Source: a virus (lineage: Duplodnaviria > Caudoviricetes). Taken from it: a stretch of DNA of 64,000 nt. Below are positions 43,225 to 54,449 of this stretch, piece by piece. The notes under the pieces are model-generated. The model saw only the letters and a list, made by a program, of their open reading frames with translations, had not been told where the DNA came from and did not search any database. A program made the translations under genes and the position numbers. Every line of letters starts with the position of its first letter. Position 1 is the stretch's first letter. The stretch is from positions 1 through 64,000 of IMG/VR virus record IMGVR_UViG_3300037067_016568. The stretch is one strand, 5' to 3'.

Positions 43225-46200
43225 ATGCAGACAAACCCACACATTCCTGTCTTCTTGTTATTGCCAGTCAATAACAATCGCACCGCCTACCGCCCTTTTA
43301 ACCTCCCGATGGTTCTGATGGAAACAGATCGTCGGGACTTATCTGGTGCATCTATACCAAATTCTGGTGTTATTGTTCAGAACTGCGATTGTGGCGGCGA
43401 TGTCGAATGTGAGTGCATGGGCGTAAAGACGACTACTTGTAATGAATATTGTAATGGGGCAGCTATAAGAATCATCATTGAAGACGTCCCACATAAAGCA
43501 CTTGTAGCAGGGCAAATTCCAATTGGGTTAATGTCGCCAGACAGCGAGATATACGCTAAAAACGTCTCTATGTCTGAGATGATAGACCGAATGATACACC
43601 CAGAGCTCCAGACCTTTTTTAGAGTAACTGGGATTGACAGCGACGGAAAGCAGATATTAACGCAGATTGAATATACAGAAGCAGTCGGCGGCGATCTGAT
43701 GCAATACACGACTGCATCAGGCTCGGTTGGCAACCTGACATATTATCCTACGGCTAATTATTATGATCTTAGTGATATAGCTATTGAAACTGAACACTTG
43801 CCGCCTGATTGGTATAATTTGACATACCAAGCAGAATATTATGCCAGAGTAGAGAGTAAATCGACACCGGGGCAATTAAACTGCATAGATCCAACAAGGA
43901 AAGCGACGTCGATATATAGATTTAGATTAAATCATCCCGGTCAAGTCATGCAGGAAACAGTAAATCTCACTCCTGCACCATACATGACTAATGACCAAAA
44001 GAGCGTCGACACAACGATAGAATTTTATCGTCCTTTTACAGATGCTCTGCAAGATATTTTCGATGAGCAATACCTTCTAGGTAGCGTGAACTGGGTAGAT
44101 TTCATTACGCCGCAATTCGTCCCGTACCTCTCGTTCTTGCTTGGATTGGATTTACCTTATTTCCCGCAGAGCTTATATAGCTTGCGAAAGACGATGCTGC
44201 GTAATGTTGTGCGACTACAGCAGTTAAAGGGCTCACGTAATGCTATCTATGACTTATTTGAATTGTTCGGATATATCATTTACATCAATAAGCTCTATTG
44301 GTCTAGCGACGGCAAGCGACTGATTCGACCTGGAGAAAAACTACCGCCAGCTTATGCTGATCAAGAAATACAAATAGAAAAAGTATGTCAAATTGAACCG
44401 GTTCTCGCTGGATATAATAAGAGTGGATTCGGTGAGTTAACTGTCCCACTGTTGTATCGGCCAACTTACACAGAAGAACTGCAAGGTATCGTCAATGTTG
44501 TCGAGGGCGGCGATGTCATCATTAATGCATATCTGATACGAAAGAATGCATATGGTAGTGGCACAGTTTCTACAACTAAAACAACTGAACTTGTCGGTAC
44601 GAATACGACATTCCTTACCGATTTCTCCATCGGTGACACAATTACCGTGTCCGGAGAAACAGCGAGAGTAGTCGCCACTATTACTGACGATACTCATCTG
44701 ACAGTAACAACTGCATTTCAAAACACTACGACAGATATATCTTATACATATATTAGCAAGACTTATAAAAAGTTAGAAGAAATTTCTATCGCTAGTCAAG
44801 AATGTGAAATGCCAATTATTCCAACTGATGGTTTAGATAGTTGGTCACAAGTTGTAATCGATAAATCGGCTAGCTATGCTAATCCCGATGAAGATGTTTC
44901 AACTGGCGATCAACCACCATTCATTCATACGGGTGTCAGGATTGATAGAAAGGCCAACTTATTATATCTCACTTTTAATGGTGCAATCCAATTTGATGAT
45001 AAATATGGCTTACAAGGTGTAAATGCTCCAAACAGCGAAATGCTGCTCTATGCTTTTGCTATCTATAGTCACGAAGAACTTGCCGTCCCTGACCAAATCA
45101 AGAATTATTACAGCAACCGATTCGATATACAATTATTAACAAAGGACGGCGAGCAAATCGGGGGCGACGTTTTAGAATTCTTAATTGATTATTTATTTAA
45201 GATTAAAGCATTTCACTCACTGCTTCATACTCTCATCTATCATGCTAACCTCAATGAGACCTATCAAGTCACTCCTTTCTGTGTTGGAGGAGATCTTGAG
45301 CAACGATATGACATAGACGCCGGTAAATTACAAGTGCCTCCTGCTATTCTTCCACAGGTGCCTGTTGGAGAATGCTCGGTTGATCCAAGCGATTTAGGCT
45401 ATAAACCAGAAGATATAGCATTACGTGAAAAGATATTGACCAATCTGCCCGAAGAGTTCCAAGCATGGGTTGATGTAGATTGGTATATGAAAATCAAACC
45501 GGCAATAGGAGCTACGGGGCCAATTTATATCGAACGTGATGTAACACAAATTGGTGATGAACGATTAGCCCCTACGCCTGCGAAAGACAACACAGATTGC
45601 AAATTCACATACCGAGGGCAAGATAGGCTCGTTCCAGCTGATACAGAAGAGATAGATGATGTCGTATATGATCCAACGCCCTTCGCAAACGATCAGAGCG
45701 TTGCAAGCCAATCGAATATGCATCTGTCTCCTATAACAAATGGTGTTCATGGCGTTTTCTATCCAACCGGAGCTGAAGCTACCACAAACAGCGATAAAGC
45801 AGAGTATGGGCCTTATGAGATAGAATTATCTATTAATCCTAATACATTCTGTGAATTGGATGGAATATCAGACTATTGTTATAAAGGCCGTGTTGAAGAT
45901 GAAATATTGCATAAGATGACCTTGGTGAGCACTGAGCAATATCAAGCATCACTATGTCAATTGAGCTTCGGTCATGGCATCTATTACGCTTTTCCAGCTA
46001 CGTCTGAGCTGACCAATTCAATCCAGGGGGCAGCATTAAAACAATCGTACAACGCGAATCTGCCGCCTGATAATAATAGTTTCTTGGGCCGTTTGCTTAG
46101 AGCATTCGACACCGTTCAGGGCGAAAACATCCATTACACAGATCGGCCATATCTCACAGAAAGCGTATCAGGCGAACAAAATCTGTTAGCTCTGCAACGA

Positions 46201-47442
46201 CCAGGTTTAAATATCCAACTGCCGCTAATGCACTTTCCGGGGACACGATTTGCCACCATTAATAAGTTAGAATCAGATTTTACACATCCCAAGTGGGCCG
46301 CTAAACCATGGGATGACAAATATAGCACAAGTTGCGGGCCTTATAATCAATCTTGTAAAAAACCAACATATCTCGACGCCAGATTAGTAGAGGGCACAGA
46401 TGGAGACACTCATTTGGTGTTCGATGATGTTCCTTTTACAATTGCTGCCAACGGCCTGCATCCAGACATACCAAGTTTTGGATCTCATCTGATTGATACA
46501 CAAAGCATATTCCACTCCGATGATGTAGTGCACGCTATCTATAGCACGCAGCCAATTGGAAATCCGGCTATATCATTAGAAAATATGTATCCTCCATCAC
46601 GAACATACACAACAGGCAAGGCTGATTATACGGTAGGTGGCGTCGAATGGATGTTCGGATATGTTTTTGATAGCATTCCGACAATCACTATTGGCCTAGA
46701 ATTGAAAAACTTAGCAGACAATATTTATACATTGTCTGCTAAAATCATAAGCGTTTCTGCGACTGCTGTGGTCATTAAAGTCTATAAAGCAGTCTTAGAT
46801 CTACCCGCTGATATCGTTTTTAGTGAATGCGCAGCTGGCGATGTTGTAGTCCACATTATGGCATCAGTGGCCGACACCATTATTAATACTACTGATTCGC
46901 CATTGTTCTCAACAGCTGCGTTATGCCACGACACTGTGCCATACTATATTGATTATATAGACGGCTATCCTGCGTCTTTTGGATATCAGACATATGAAGA
47001 TGATGACTTTGATCGCGACGGGACCAGAACAGAATTATTTAATGAATTGGATATTGATAGGTCCGTCCCGACAGGGACAGAAGTATTATTCTATTTCATA
47101 AGTGGAATACAATATCAAAAGGGATATCGCGTAGATTGCAACTGCGCAGCCTTGACTTGCGATGGCGGTACATCACCAACAGTAGAAATAAATGTCTTAC
47201 AATGCTCTATCGACAATTATAGGACAGACGCTCTGCCTTTTGAATTTTCTGATGGCATTGTCCGATATGGTTATGATTATAACCCCGATCAGGTGATAAC
47301 TGATATAACCCTAGATGCGCAAGAAGAAATTGGAGTCCATGATTTGGCTTTTGACGGTCAAATCATATGGGACGACGAGCGACAAGAATATCGTCAAATA
47401 AACATGCTCGAACTCTGTACTGGATTCCCAACTTGCATATAA
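43225..47442 (+). CDS. large virion structural protein, baseplate/tail protein I-like
   Basis: FVPYLSFLLG...LR.VVRL..LKGSRNAI..LF.LFG motif of P2 gpI-like baseplate proteins. Confidence 0.65.
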   Translation: MQTNPHIPVFLLLPVNNNRTAYRPFNLPMVLMETDRRDLSGASIPNSGVIVQNCDCGGDVECECMGVKTTTCNEYCNGAAIRIIIEDVPHKALVAGQIPIGLMSPDSEIYAKNVSMSEMIDRMIHPELQTFFRVTGIDSDGKQILTQIEYTEAVGGDLMQYTTASGSVGNLTYYPTANYYDLSDIAIETEHLPPDWYNLTYQAEYYARVESKSTPGQLNCIDPTRKATSIYRFRLNHPGQVMQETVNLTPAPYMTNDQKSVDTTIEFYRPFTDALQDIFDEQYLLGSVNWVDFITPQFVPYLSFLLGLDLPYFPQSLYSLRKTMLRNVVRLQQLKGSRNAIYDLFELFGYIIYINKLYWSSDGKRLIRPGEKLPPAYADQEIQIEKVCQIEPVLAGYNKSGFGELTVPLLYRPTYTEELQGIVNVVEGGDVIINAYLIRKNAYGSGTVSTTKTTELVGTNTTFLTDFSIGDTITVSGETARVVATITDDTHLTVTTAFQNTTTDISYTYISKTYKKLEEISIASQECEMPIIPTDGLDSWSQVVIDKSASYANPDEDVSTGDQPPFIHTGVRIDRKANLLYLTFNGAIQFDDKYGLQGVNAPNSEMLLYAFAIYSHEELAVPDQIKNYYSNRFDIQLLTKDGEQIGGDVLEFLIDYLFKIKAFHSLLHTLIYHANLNETYQVTPFCVGGDLEQRYDIDAGKLQVPPAILPQVPVGECSVDPSDLGYKPEDIALREKILTNLPEEFQAWVDVDWYMKIKPAIGATGPIYIERDVTQIGDERLAPTPAKDNTDCKFTYRGQDRLVPADTEEIDDVVYDPTPFANDQSVASQSNMHLSPITNGVHGVFYPTGAEATTNSDKAEYGPYEIELSINPNTFCELDGISDYCYKGRVEDEILHKMTLVSTEQYQASLCQLSFGHGIYYAFPATSELTNSIQGAALKQSYNANLPPDNNSFLGRLLRAFDTVQGENIHYTDRPYLTESVSGEQNLLALQRPGLNIQLPLMHFPGTRFATINKLESDFTHPKWAAKPWDDKYSTSCGPYNQSCKKPTYLDARLVEGTDGDTHLVFDDVPFTIAANGLHPDIPSFGSHLIDTQSIFHSDDVVHAIYSTQPIGNPAISLENMYPPSRTYTTGKADYTVGGVEWMFGYVFDSIPTITIGLELKNLADNIYTLSAKIISVSATAVVIKVYKAVLDLPADIVFSECAAGDVVVHIMASVADTIINTTDSPLFSTAALCHDTVPYYIDYIDGYPASFGYQTYEDDDFDRDGTRTELFNELDIDRSVPTGTEVLFYFISGIQYQKGYRVDCNCAALTCDGGTSPTVEINVLQCSIDNYRTDALPFEFSDGIVRYGYDYNPDQVITDITLDAQEEIGVHDLAFDGQIIWDDERQEYRQINMLELCTGFPTCI

Positions 47443-47487
47443 TCAGGAATCCAGTACAGGCAAATTTACAGTATTGGAGGACATCAA

Positions 47488-47964
47488 ATGGCAGCTGCAA
47501 ATAGCGTAGTCGGTTTTCTTTCCGGTCTGGTTTCTTACACCAACGGCGATGTTGGCAGTTTCCACTGTCAAATTGAATCACCAGATCTCATCAGCACCCT
47601 TGTGTGGAGTGTTGATGAAGATGACAGCAAAATTGTCACCGGCGAGATGTACAATGTAGATTGGTACTACCCACTTGCCAATCTTATTGCCGGAATCGGG
47701 CTGTCAGACGATTTCTCCTGGACATCTGGTGTCCCCGCGAATCCTCGCACAATCAGTGATTTGGTCATCCACTTGAATATGATCTTCACGTTGGATGATG
47801 GCACGCAGCAACCGGTCTCGGCCACATACGAAAGAGGCACCAGGACTTATCATACTCCTGGTATGCCTCTGTCAACACTGCCGAGCAACATTGACACCTT
47901 GCTCACCGCACTCACTGCGATGATAGACAAGGCTGTCACAGCTTGCTCCTTCGAACCCACCTAA
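47488..47964 (+). CDS. hypothetical (likely structural) protein
   Basis: GGAGG RBS, 158 aa. Confidence 0.55.
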   Translation: MAAANSVVGFLSGLVSYTNGDVGSFHCQIESPDLISTLVWSVDEDDSKIVTGEMYNVDWYYPLANLIAGIGLSDDFSWTSGVPANPRTISDLVIHLNMIFTLDDGTQQPVSATYERGTRTYHTPGMPLSTLPSNIDTLLTALTAMIDKAVTACSFEPT

Positions 47965-48353
47965 ACGCGGACTCGAATAACATTAACGTCGTGGCAGCCG
48001 TCCTTCAACACGATTTGGCCATCTTGCACTTCGCAAATCGATCGGACGAATTCTAAAGCTTCGCCTTCGAAGTCGAGATCGGTGTTCATCTTGCCGTTTC
48101 GAAGTGGAACGACGAAATGTGGATGACCAGGATGCAATGTCTGCAGCAGAGATGCAGTCACATCACGTACCTCTGCTGGTGGTAAGTTGCCAACTTCCAC
48201 ATACATAACTGTCCGAATTGGTGTGCTCATATCATCTTTCTCAGTTGATCGAGCGAAAGCTTCAGGCGATATTTGGGGTATGTCGGTCTTGGGTACTGTA
48301 TCCTTAACTGCTGGCGGCACTGCCTGACATCCCTTGCATCTGCATTTGTCCAT
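47961..48353 (-). CDS. hypothetical protein
   Basis: GGAG RBS; YVEVGNLPPAEV motif. Confidence 0.55.
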   Translation of the reverse strand: MDKCRCKGCQAVPPAVKDTVPKTDIPQISPEAFARSTEKDDMSTPIRTVMYVEVGNLPPAEVRDVTASLLQTLHPGHPHFVVPLRNGKMNTDLDFEGEALEFVRSICEVQDGQIVLKDGCHDVNVIRVRV

Positions 48354-48781
48354 TGTCGTTCTCCATTATTTTCAAAAGTTACCACTTACAATAAAATACG
48401 TATTTCAATACTGACAACCAACAGAGCAAACCATAGGAGGTGTGCCATTAAATCCGCATCGCAATTCCCTGTAAATCTAATAATTCCCGTCACCACAACA
48501 GAAGAAGAACAAATAGTTGAAAAAATTCTGTCCGATGCTCTACCCAATTACGATTTCTTGTCCAAAATCTATTATGAAAACCCGGACGAGACTCAACGGG
48601 CACGTCTCTTGATAAATGGAGAAGAAGTCAAAAGAGGAACCGTTGAACAAATGAAAGAAGCTTTCACTTTACAATCGAGCATCAACTCTAAAGCTAATAT
48701 TATCGTTCAAGAGTGGCAAAAACAGCCTTTATCAAATAAATCAGCCGGATTCGTGACTGTTCAGTCTAGAATAGTCAAGGT

Positions 48782-48808
48782 ATATTTTACAAACTAGGTA
48801 ACTACAGG
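48782..48808 (+). repeat. dispersed 27-bp motif ending in CRISPR handle
   Basis: ATATTTTACAAACTAGGTAACTACAGG. Confidence 0.85.
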
Positions 48809-51562
48809 CTAAGTAATGATGAATGTCGAGCCTGCGTGTGCATAGGTAGGAGCACTACCGTTCCAGATGTAACCAGCAATGTAATATGTTCCCGGTGGTA
48901 CTCCAGTAGTATCCCACTCCCAGGAAGATGATCCATTTACTGCGGGAATCTCACCAACAGAAATCCATTGTGGTGTGCCACCCCAAGCAGGATCTGTAGT
49001 GTAGCATAAGTTGACTATGTATCCGGACTGACATCCAGAAGCATTCCAACTAACTGTGACAGGTGTACCAGTGGAATAGCTACCTGATAATGGAGCCGTC
49101 AAATTCCATGCGATAGGCGGCAGCGGATTGCCCACTACTTGTGAATGCCATACGCCTAAGATGCCACCTGATGGTGCAATTCCTTGATATCCATACCACG
49201 CACATGTCCATTTTCCATCACCAGATCTACGTGTAATGGCTGGGCTAAGCTGATCAAGAATGCCTCGATGCTCTAAGTTAGGATTATTGACCACATATTC
49301 ATTTGTAGTCGCAGTACCAGCAGCGTTGTACTGCCTAGCAATGATTCCATAATCGGAAGTTATTGGATCGTCAGGATTGTTATAACTCTGCCATACAACC
49401 GCAAAATTGCCATTTGCATCACATGCAACATCAGGTCTCCATTGCCAGTTGGTTTCGTGTTGATTTACTAAGAAATCATTCCCTTGGGCAACACCACTAG
49501 AATCGTAGCGACGTGCATAAATACCATATCCACTGGCATCCGTAAATCTCTGCCATGCTGCCACAAACGATCCATTACCAGCTACCGATACTCTGGGTTC
49601 TACACTCTCTGACAACGTATTTTGGCTTGTATTGACTTTAAATTCACTGCCTATCTTATTGCCAAAGGCGTCTAATCGCTGCGCCCACGCAGCATAATAA
49701 CCGTCCTGTGCACTGTTCCATATTACTACTGAGTTACCATTATCACCAACGTCAACATCACCATTTTGTTTCCACGAAGTATTGCTTGTGCAGATTCTGA
49801 AGTTAGATGCACCAACTTTAGTACCAGCAGCATTAAATCGCTGGCCATAAACGAAGCCATAAGATAAATGGACATCTTCATTGTATTCTGACCATATGAC
49901 AATAAAGCTCTTATCAGTAGAGCGCATTCCGATCGATGGTGTTATATAATAAGCATCTTTCAAAGCATTGACGCGGAACTGATCGCCGAGCGGAACACCA
50001 GCAGCACTAAACATCCGCGCTTGAATACCACTACTGTAATCTAAGTCGCCGCCACGCCATGCGATAACAAAGGTGCCATCCGGAGCCATAGCCACCGTTG
50101 GATCAAAACTCGTAGGATCGCCATATGACGGCACCACAAACTGGGCAGTCGTCGGGCTCCCATCAGCAGCAAAACACTGCGCCATTACTGTCGGATTAGT
50201 TGCTGATTCAGATGGATATCTAGCCCATGTAATTACAAACCGACCATCTGCTGCGTCGGCAACTCTTGGATATCGATCATATTGCGATGTTGGTTCAGGG
50301 GACGCTGATGGTGACGATGATGGTGACGGTGATATGCTTAACGATGGAGATAGCGAAGGCTGGACGCTCGTTGATGGTGATATGCTCGGTGAAGGCGACA
50401 ATGATGTAGAAGGCGACAATGATGTAGAAGGCGACAATGATAAACTGGGTGACGGCGATAGGCTTATAGAAGCTGACGGGCTTAATGATGTCGAAGGTGA
50501 TGTACTTGGAGATGGCGTCGGGGACAAGCTTATAGAAGCGGACGGGCTTAATGATGTCGAAGGTGATTGGCTGATAGATGGCGATGTTGATGGCGACAAT
50601 AGAGATGGCGAAGGTGAAATTGACAACCAAGAAGATACTGACGGCGACGGAGACTGCGAAATCGATGGTGAAGGCGATATGCTCTGCGAGGGCGATAATG
50701 ACGTCGATGGTGAAGGTGACAAACTAGTTGATGGTGAATGACTTGCAGACGGCGACAAGCTTGCTGACGGTGATAATGATGGTGATAATGATGGCGATAT
50801 ACTGCTTGAAGGCGACAAGCTAGCTGACGGCGACAGACTCATTGACGGTGATGGCGATAGTGATGGCGATAGGCACGGTGGCGGCGATAACAATACTAGC
50901 GTATCTGGCCCCCAAACATCAACAAACCAAAAAGATTCTTTGCCACAAACAGGGGCTATAGTCCCATCTTCTAGCACCCATTGAAAAGCCAGCGTATCGT
51001 CATCGGGAGTTGTAAAACGCGGACCATATGCAACAGGCATCTGGGCTACACCAGACACAGCGTTGTCCATATGATACTTGAAAGGATCGTTAGGGCCTAT
51101 ACCACAATTAAAACTCGTTTGAAAATAACAAATTGATTGGGAGCTATCTTCTGCAACTATATATCCTACATATCCTAGCGCGCTTGGCTCGATAATTTGT
51201 CGCTCTATTGTGCATATACCTCTTCTGAAGACGTTCTTAGTATCATTGTCGACATGTCCGTAATCAATATTTTGATCGACTTCTATGACAGAAATAATCG
51301 TGACTGGCAGCCTGCTAAATCGAAGTAAAATTACCTGTTCAGCCTCAGTAGAATTCTGAGCCTGTACTCGGACAGTACCACAAGTATCATTAACACAAAA
51401 TCTGACATCGTAGGTGCGCTTTTCACCCCATACGTTAGGTGCTTTTGTGATAGTTGTATAATCTATTACGCTTATACCATCAACCTCAATAGTCTCCCAT
51501 TGAGTCCAATATAACATACCATAATCGTCCCTGAAAAATATCGATCCTTTATCTGGCGTCAT
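48809..51562 (-). CDS. virion/surface protein with Ser-Pro linker and repeat domain
   Basis: ~190-aa SPS low-complexity linker (~50296-50890) followed by repeated P.VA...G.FV..W....I.A.RF...G...G..F.VN units. Confidence 0.7.
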   Translation of the reverse strand: MTPDKGSIFFRDDYGMLYWTQWETIEVDGISVIDYTTITKAPNVWGEKRTYDVRFCVNDTCGTVRVQAQNSTEAEQVILLRFSRLPVTIISVIEVDQNIDYGHVDNDTKNVFRRGICTIERQIIEPSALGYVGYIVAEDSSQSICYFQTSFNCGIGPNDPFKYHMDNAVSGVAQMPVAYGPRFTTPDDDTLAFQWVLEDGTIAPVCGKESFWFVDVWGPDTLVLLSPPPCLSPSLSPSPSMSLSPSASLSPSSSISPSLSPSLSPSASLSPSASHSPSTSLSPSPSTSLSPSQSISPSPSISQSPSPSVSSWLSISPSPSLLSPSTSPSISQSPSTSLSPSASISLSPTPSPSTSPSTSLSPSASISLSPSPSLSLSPSTSLSPSTSLSPSPSISPSTSVQPSLSPSLSISPSPSSSPSASPEPTSQYDRYPRVADAADGRFVITWARYPSESATNPTVMAQCFAADGSPTTAQFVVPSYGDPTSFDPTVAMAPDGTFVIAWRGGDLDYSSGIQARMFSAAGVPLGDQFRVNALKDAYYITPSIGMRSTDKSFIVIWSEYNEDVHLSYGFVYGQRFNAAGTKVGASNFRICTSNTSWKQNGDVDVGDNGNSVVIWNSAQDGYYAAWAQRLDAFGNKIGSEFKVNTSQNTLSESVEPRVSVAGNGSFVAAWQRFTDASGYGIYARRYDSSGVAQGNDFLVNQHETNWQWRPDVACDANGNFAVVWQSYNNPDDPITSDYGIIARQYNAAGTATTNEYVVNNPNLEHRGILDQLSPAITRRSGDGKWTCAWYGYQGIAPSGGILGVWHSQVVGNPLPPIAWNLTAPLSGSYSTGTPVTVSWNASGCQSGYIVNLCYTTDPAWGGTPQWISVGEIPAVNGSSSWEWDTTGVPPGTYYIAGYIWNGSAPTYAHAGSTFIIT

Positions 51563-51944
51563 AGTCTCACTCGTTCGATTTCATTTAAAGGACCTCATCG
51601 GATGATATGATTATAAAGTATTTTTGGATTATGGGCCGATAATCTTAACTCTTGGATCAAAATCCTTTAACTGAAGAATTCCGTTCAATCGCTTTCCCTC
51701 TTCTATAGCATTTATGAATTTATCAAATGCTATTCCGATAACTTCAGAAAAAGGAAGATCTATCGACACATCAGTAGAAGTGGTTACACCATTAGCAACC
51801 CCTTTTTCTACCGAATCCGGCCCTCCACCAGTTACATGGTCGTGGTAATCAGCCATTAATCTCAATGCGTCAGAAATGCCTCCGTCGAAATCATCTGGCA
51901 ATCTGAAGAATGTCATGTACAATACTAGAGTTTTCATAAAATAA

Positions 51945-53036
51945 CTACCATAAGAAGAGGTAATTAGAATCTCGAAGTATAAGGGCCTCTTTATGATTGT
52001 CATACAATTTCAAAACATTAGTTGGGTGGTATTTGTCTATTAATCTTTGTCTCTCGCCTCTTGGAGCATAACACAACATTCGACGTGCTCGACTTAAGAT
52101 GTTTTCTTCAGGCATCGCAAACCCATTGAAATTGTTATCAGAGATAAGCAATTCAAGATTTTGGTCTTCTAACCAGCCGAATTCTGCTCTGGTAAAACTG
52201 GCAAATCCCAAATCAAGCGCACGTTGAAATCTATCATTTCTGACAGTGTAATATGGTAAATCAAGCATTGCACAGGCTAGTGCTTTAGAACCATAACCAG
52301 GATCTAAATCGCCAATAGGACCAGATATACCGAGAGCCTTAAATATAGCACAATATACTAGTGGATTTATAATTCTGCGGCGACTAAACCACCTAGCAAC
52401 TTTACGAACATTAGACGAATTGATACGAACAGTCTTTTTATAGCAGATGCATTGTAATGCTCTCCACAGATACTTACCTCTTTCATTAGCACCTGGGTTG
52501 AAGAAATGTTCCAATATTCTGAAGTGCGATAACCTCCGTCGCATAGGGAAGCACGTTATTGCGCCATTAACTACATATGGATCTATATCGGCAGACTGCA
52601 ACTGCTCCCAGTCTTCATCTAGGATGCGATCCGGGTAACAATCAGGAAGAGGTTTCGTGTTCAATATTTCGCGAAGCAACCGGTGCATCGCCATGCGGCG
52701 CTCTACTAACGTAGAGTCGTTGAACTGGGTACGATTGATACACCAGTGATAAGTGGGCGAGGTATCAAGCGGGTCGTCATGAAATTCTCTGAAGATTGGA
52801 ACTTCATGTCTTATAGCAGCAGATGCAGGACGAACAACGAAGCAATTATCACCACGTTGCTTATCGCGTCTTGTTAATCTGAAGTAATAGCGATCTCTTA
52901 TACCAGTTTTATAGACTGCATGAACCGATAGTCGCTCAATGAATGCATTCGCAATTATATCAGTCTGCTCCAACTGTGACGCAAGCAATTTCACCCACAG
53001 CGGAACTATTCTCGGTTTGGCGAATTTTCGGTGCAT
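51945..53036 (-). CDS. methyltransferase-like protein (degenerate)
   Basis: IGDLDPGYGSKALAC resembles the D...GWG.R motif I of phage DNA methylases. Confidence 0.4.
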   Translation of the reverse strand: MHRKFAKPRIVPLWVKLLASQLEQTDIIANAFIERLSVHAVYKTGIRDRYYFRLTRRDKQRGDNCFVVRPASAAIRHEVPIFREFHDDPLDTSPTYHWCINRTQFNDSTLVERRMAMHRLLREILNTKPLPDCYPDRILDEDWEQLQSADIDPYVVNGAITCFPMRRRLSHFRILEHFFNPGANERGKYLWRALQCICYKKTVRINSSNVRKVARWFSRRRIINPLVYCAIFKALGISGPIGDLDPGYGSKALACAMLDLPYYTVRNDRFQRALDLGFASFTRAEFGWLEDQNLELLISDNNFNGFAMPEENILSRARRMLCYAPRGERQRLIDKYHPTNVLKLYDNHKEALILRDSNYLFLW

Positions 53037-53580
53037 TTCTGGTTTTAACCTGAATCTTAAAGGTATTCAACCAGCTTGATATTGTATCTGGTGAAACTCC
53101 AGCGGCCTTTGCACATCCAAGTAAGTGTAAATCCATTTCTACATAATGCCTATAGAGCCATTCATAGTTGCAGCAGGAATGAGTCAATGGCGGTGCTTGT
53201 CTTGTTCTCGGTATATTGTATTTACGAATACGTTTCTTAACGGTCTTAACGCTTAAATGAGTTATCTTAGCTAATACTCTCGCACCATATAACTTGTAGT
53301 AATGTCTCCACCATTCAGCACAATCCCAACCGGGTTCTAACTCTACAATTGGCAGGATACGAATACCAGATTTAGGCTTGTTACGCTGGCGTGTGCGAAC
53401 AATATCATCGCCTGTTCGCGTTTTCAACATTCTGATATATCTAGAACTTAACGACAAAACTTGCGCTAGATCATTTGTGCTGAAGAATTTATAGCGCAGG
53501 AAGAAGTTGCTTAATTGTTTCGGATCTCGTTTATCAAGCAACTTAAATTCGTCACGGATTACCTGGCAATGATCCTGCAT
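52960..53580 (-). CDS. multi-HTH protein
   Basis: three HTH-like segments (STNDLAQVLSLS, ARVLAKITHLS, CAKAAGVSPDTI). Confidence 0.55.
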   Translation of the reverse strand: MQDHCQVIRDEFKLLDKRDPKQLSNFFLRYKFFSTNDLAQVLSLSSRYIRMLKTRTGDDIVRTRQRNKPKSGIRILPIVELEPGWDCAEWWRHYYKLYGARVLAKITHLSVKTVKKRIRKYNIPRTRQAPPLTHSCCNYEWLYRHYVEMDLHLLGCAKAAGVSPDTISSWLNTFKIQVKTRNAPKIRQTENSSAVGEIACVTVGAD

Positions 53581-53582
53581 AG

Positions 53583-53801
53583 CTAACTGAAAAGGGCCGT
53601 CTCAAGCTTCTGCTCGAAAGATTCCTTCTTCACGTGCTTCGGCAGACCTTTAGTCTTAGTCTTGGCAAATTTGTCAAGATTCTTCCCGCTCATCTTAGCC
53701 ATTTCGGCGCTTGGAGTGCCCGGCTTCGCCTTTCTTTCGCCTTTTTGAATGGCTTTGGCGATACCTGCGGCTTGCTGTTGGGCTTTGCTGACTGATGGCA
53801 T
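53583..53801 (-). CDS. DUF3008 family protein
   Basis: MPSVSKAQQQAAGIA...M....L..FA.TK.KGLP.H. Confidence 0.75.
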   Translation of the reverse strand: MPSVSKAQQQAAGIAKAIQKGERKAKPGTPSAEMAKMSGKNLDKFAKTKTKGLPKHVKKESFEQKLETALFS

Positions 53802-53820
53802 ATCGAGCTCCTATGTTATT

Positions 53821-54339
53821 CTATATTTGCGTAGGACTAAATACCATGTAATAAGAATCATGCCCCTCGCAATAATGATTGCGAGCTACGCTCTCAGCAA
53901 TAAATCCATTATCTTTATGGCTTAAGAATAATTGAGCAGACAAATTATATTCACTGACATGACACTCAATATATCCCTTTCCTTCCAAATGAAGCTTTAT
54001 CTTTAGCATATTGATAATTAGAGTTGCTATTTTTCGACGACGATAATCTTTATCAACTGCTATATTGCATAATTCTATGTGATCGTCATAATATCTAATA
54101 ATTGCATAAGCCGCTACAAAACCATTATGTTCTACAACATAGCATACTGAATTATCTTCACACAGTTCAGAGTAAAAATCCTCCTTTAACCATGGGTATT
54201 CGAAACTATTGTGTTCTATTGTGGCTATTTGTTTAAAATCGCGAGGAGTTATAAAGCGGATGTTGGCAGGAATTGAGTGAGTAAGATTTTGATATAATAG
54301 ACAATCCCTTTTAGGACTCCGTTTTATCTCTTTCCCCAT
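53821..54339 (-). CDS. RimI-like GNAT acetyltransferase
   Basis: IE..SF.YPW, ELCNIAV...YRRR.IA, V.E.NL.AQLF, HDSYYM; probable start at 54339. Confidence 0.75.
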   Translation of the reverse strand: MGKEIKRSPKRDCLLYQNLTHSIPANIRFITPRDFKQIATIEHNSFEYPWLKEDFYSELCEDNSVCYVVEHNGFVAAYAIIRYYDDHIELCNIAVDKDYRRRKIATLIINMLKIKLHLEGKGYIECHVSEYNLSAQLFLSHKDNGFIAESVARNHYCEGHDSYYMVFSPTQI

Positions 54340-54449
54340 GAGATTCCTCCATGATTGAAAAAGTCGCCGCAAGATTCGCGACGGATATAAACGTATCAGA
54401 CAGCGCATATTAGAACACAGCTTATCCTCTTTTGTCAAGATCGAGTTTA

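Noticed and set aside
50073-50741. 222-aa DGD-rich plus-strand ORF
   Set aside because: Antisense shadow of the Ser-Pro linker
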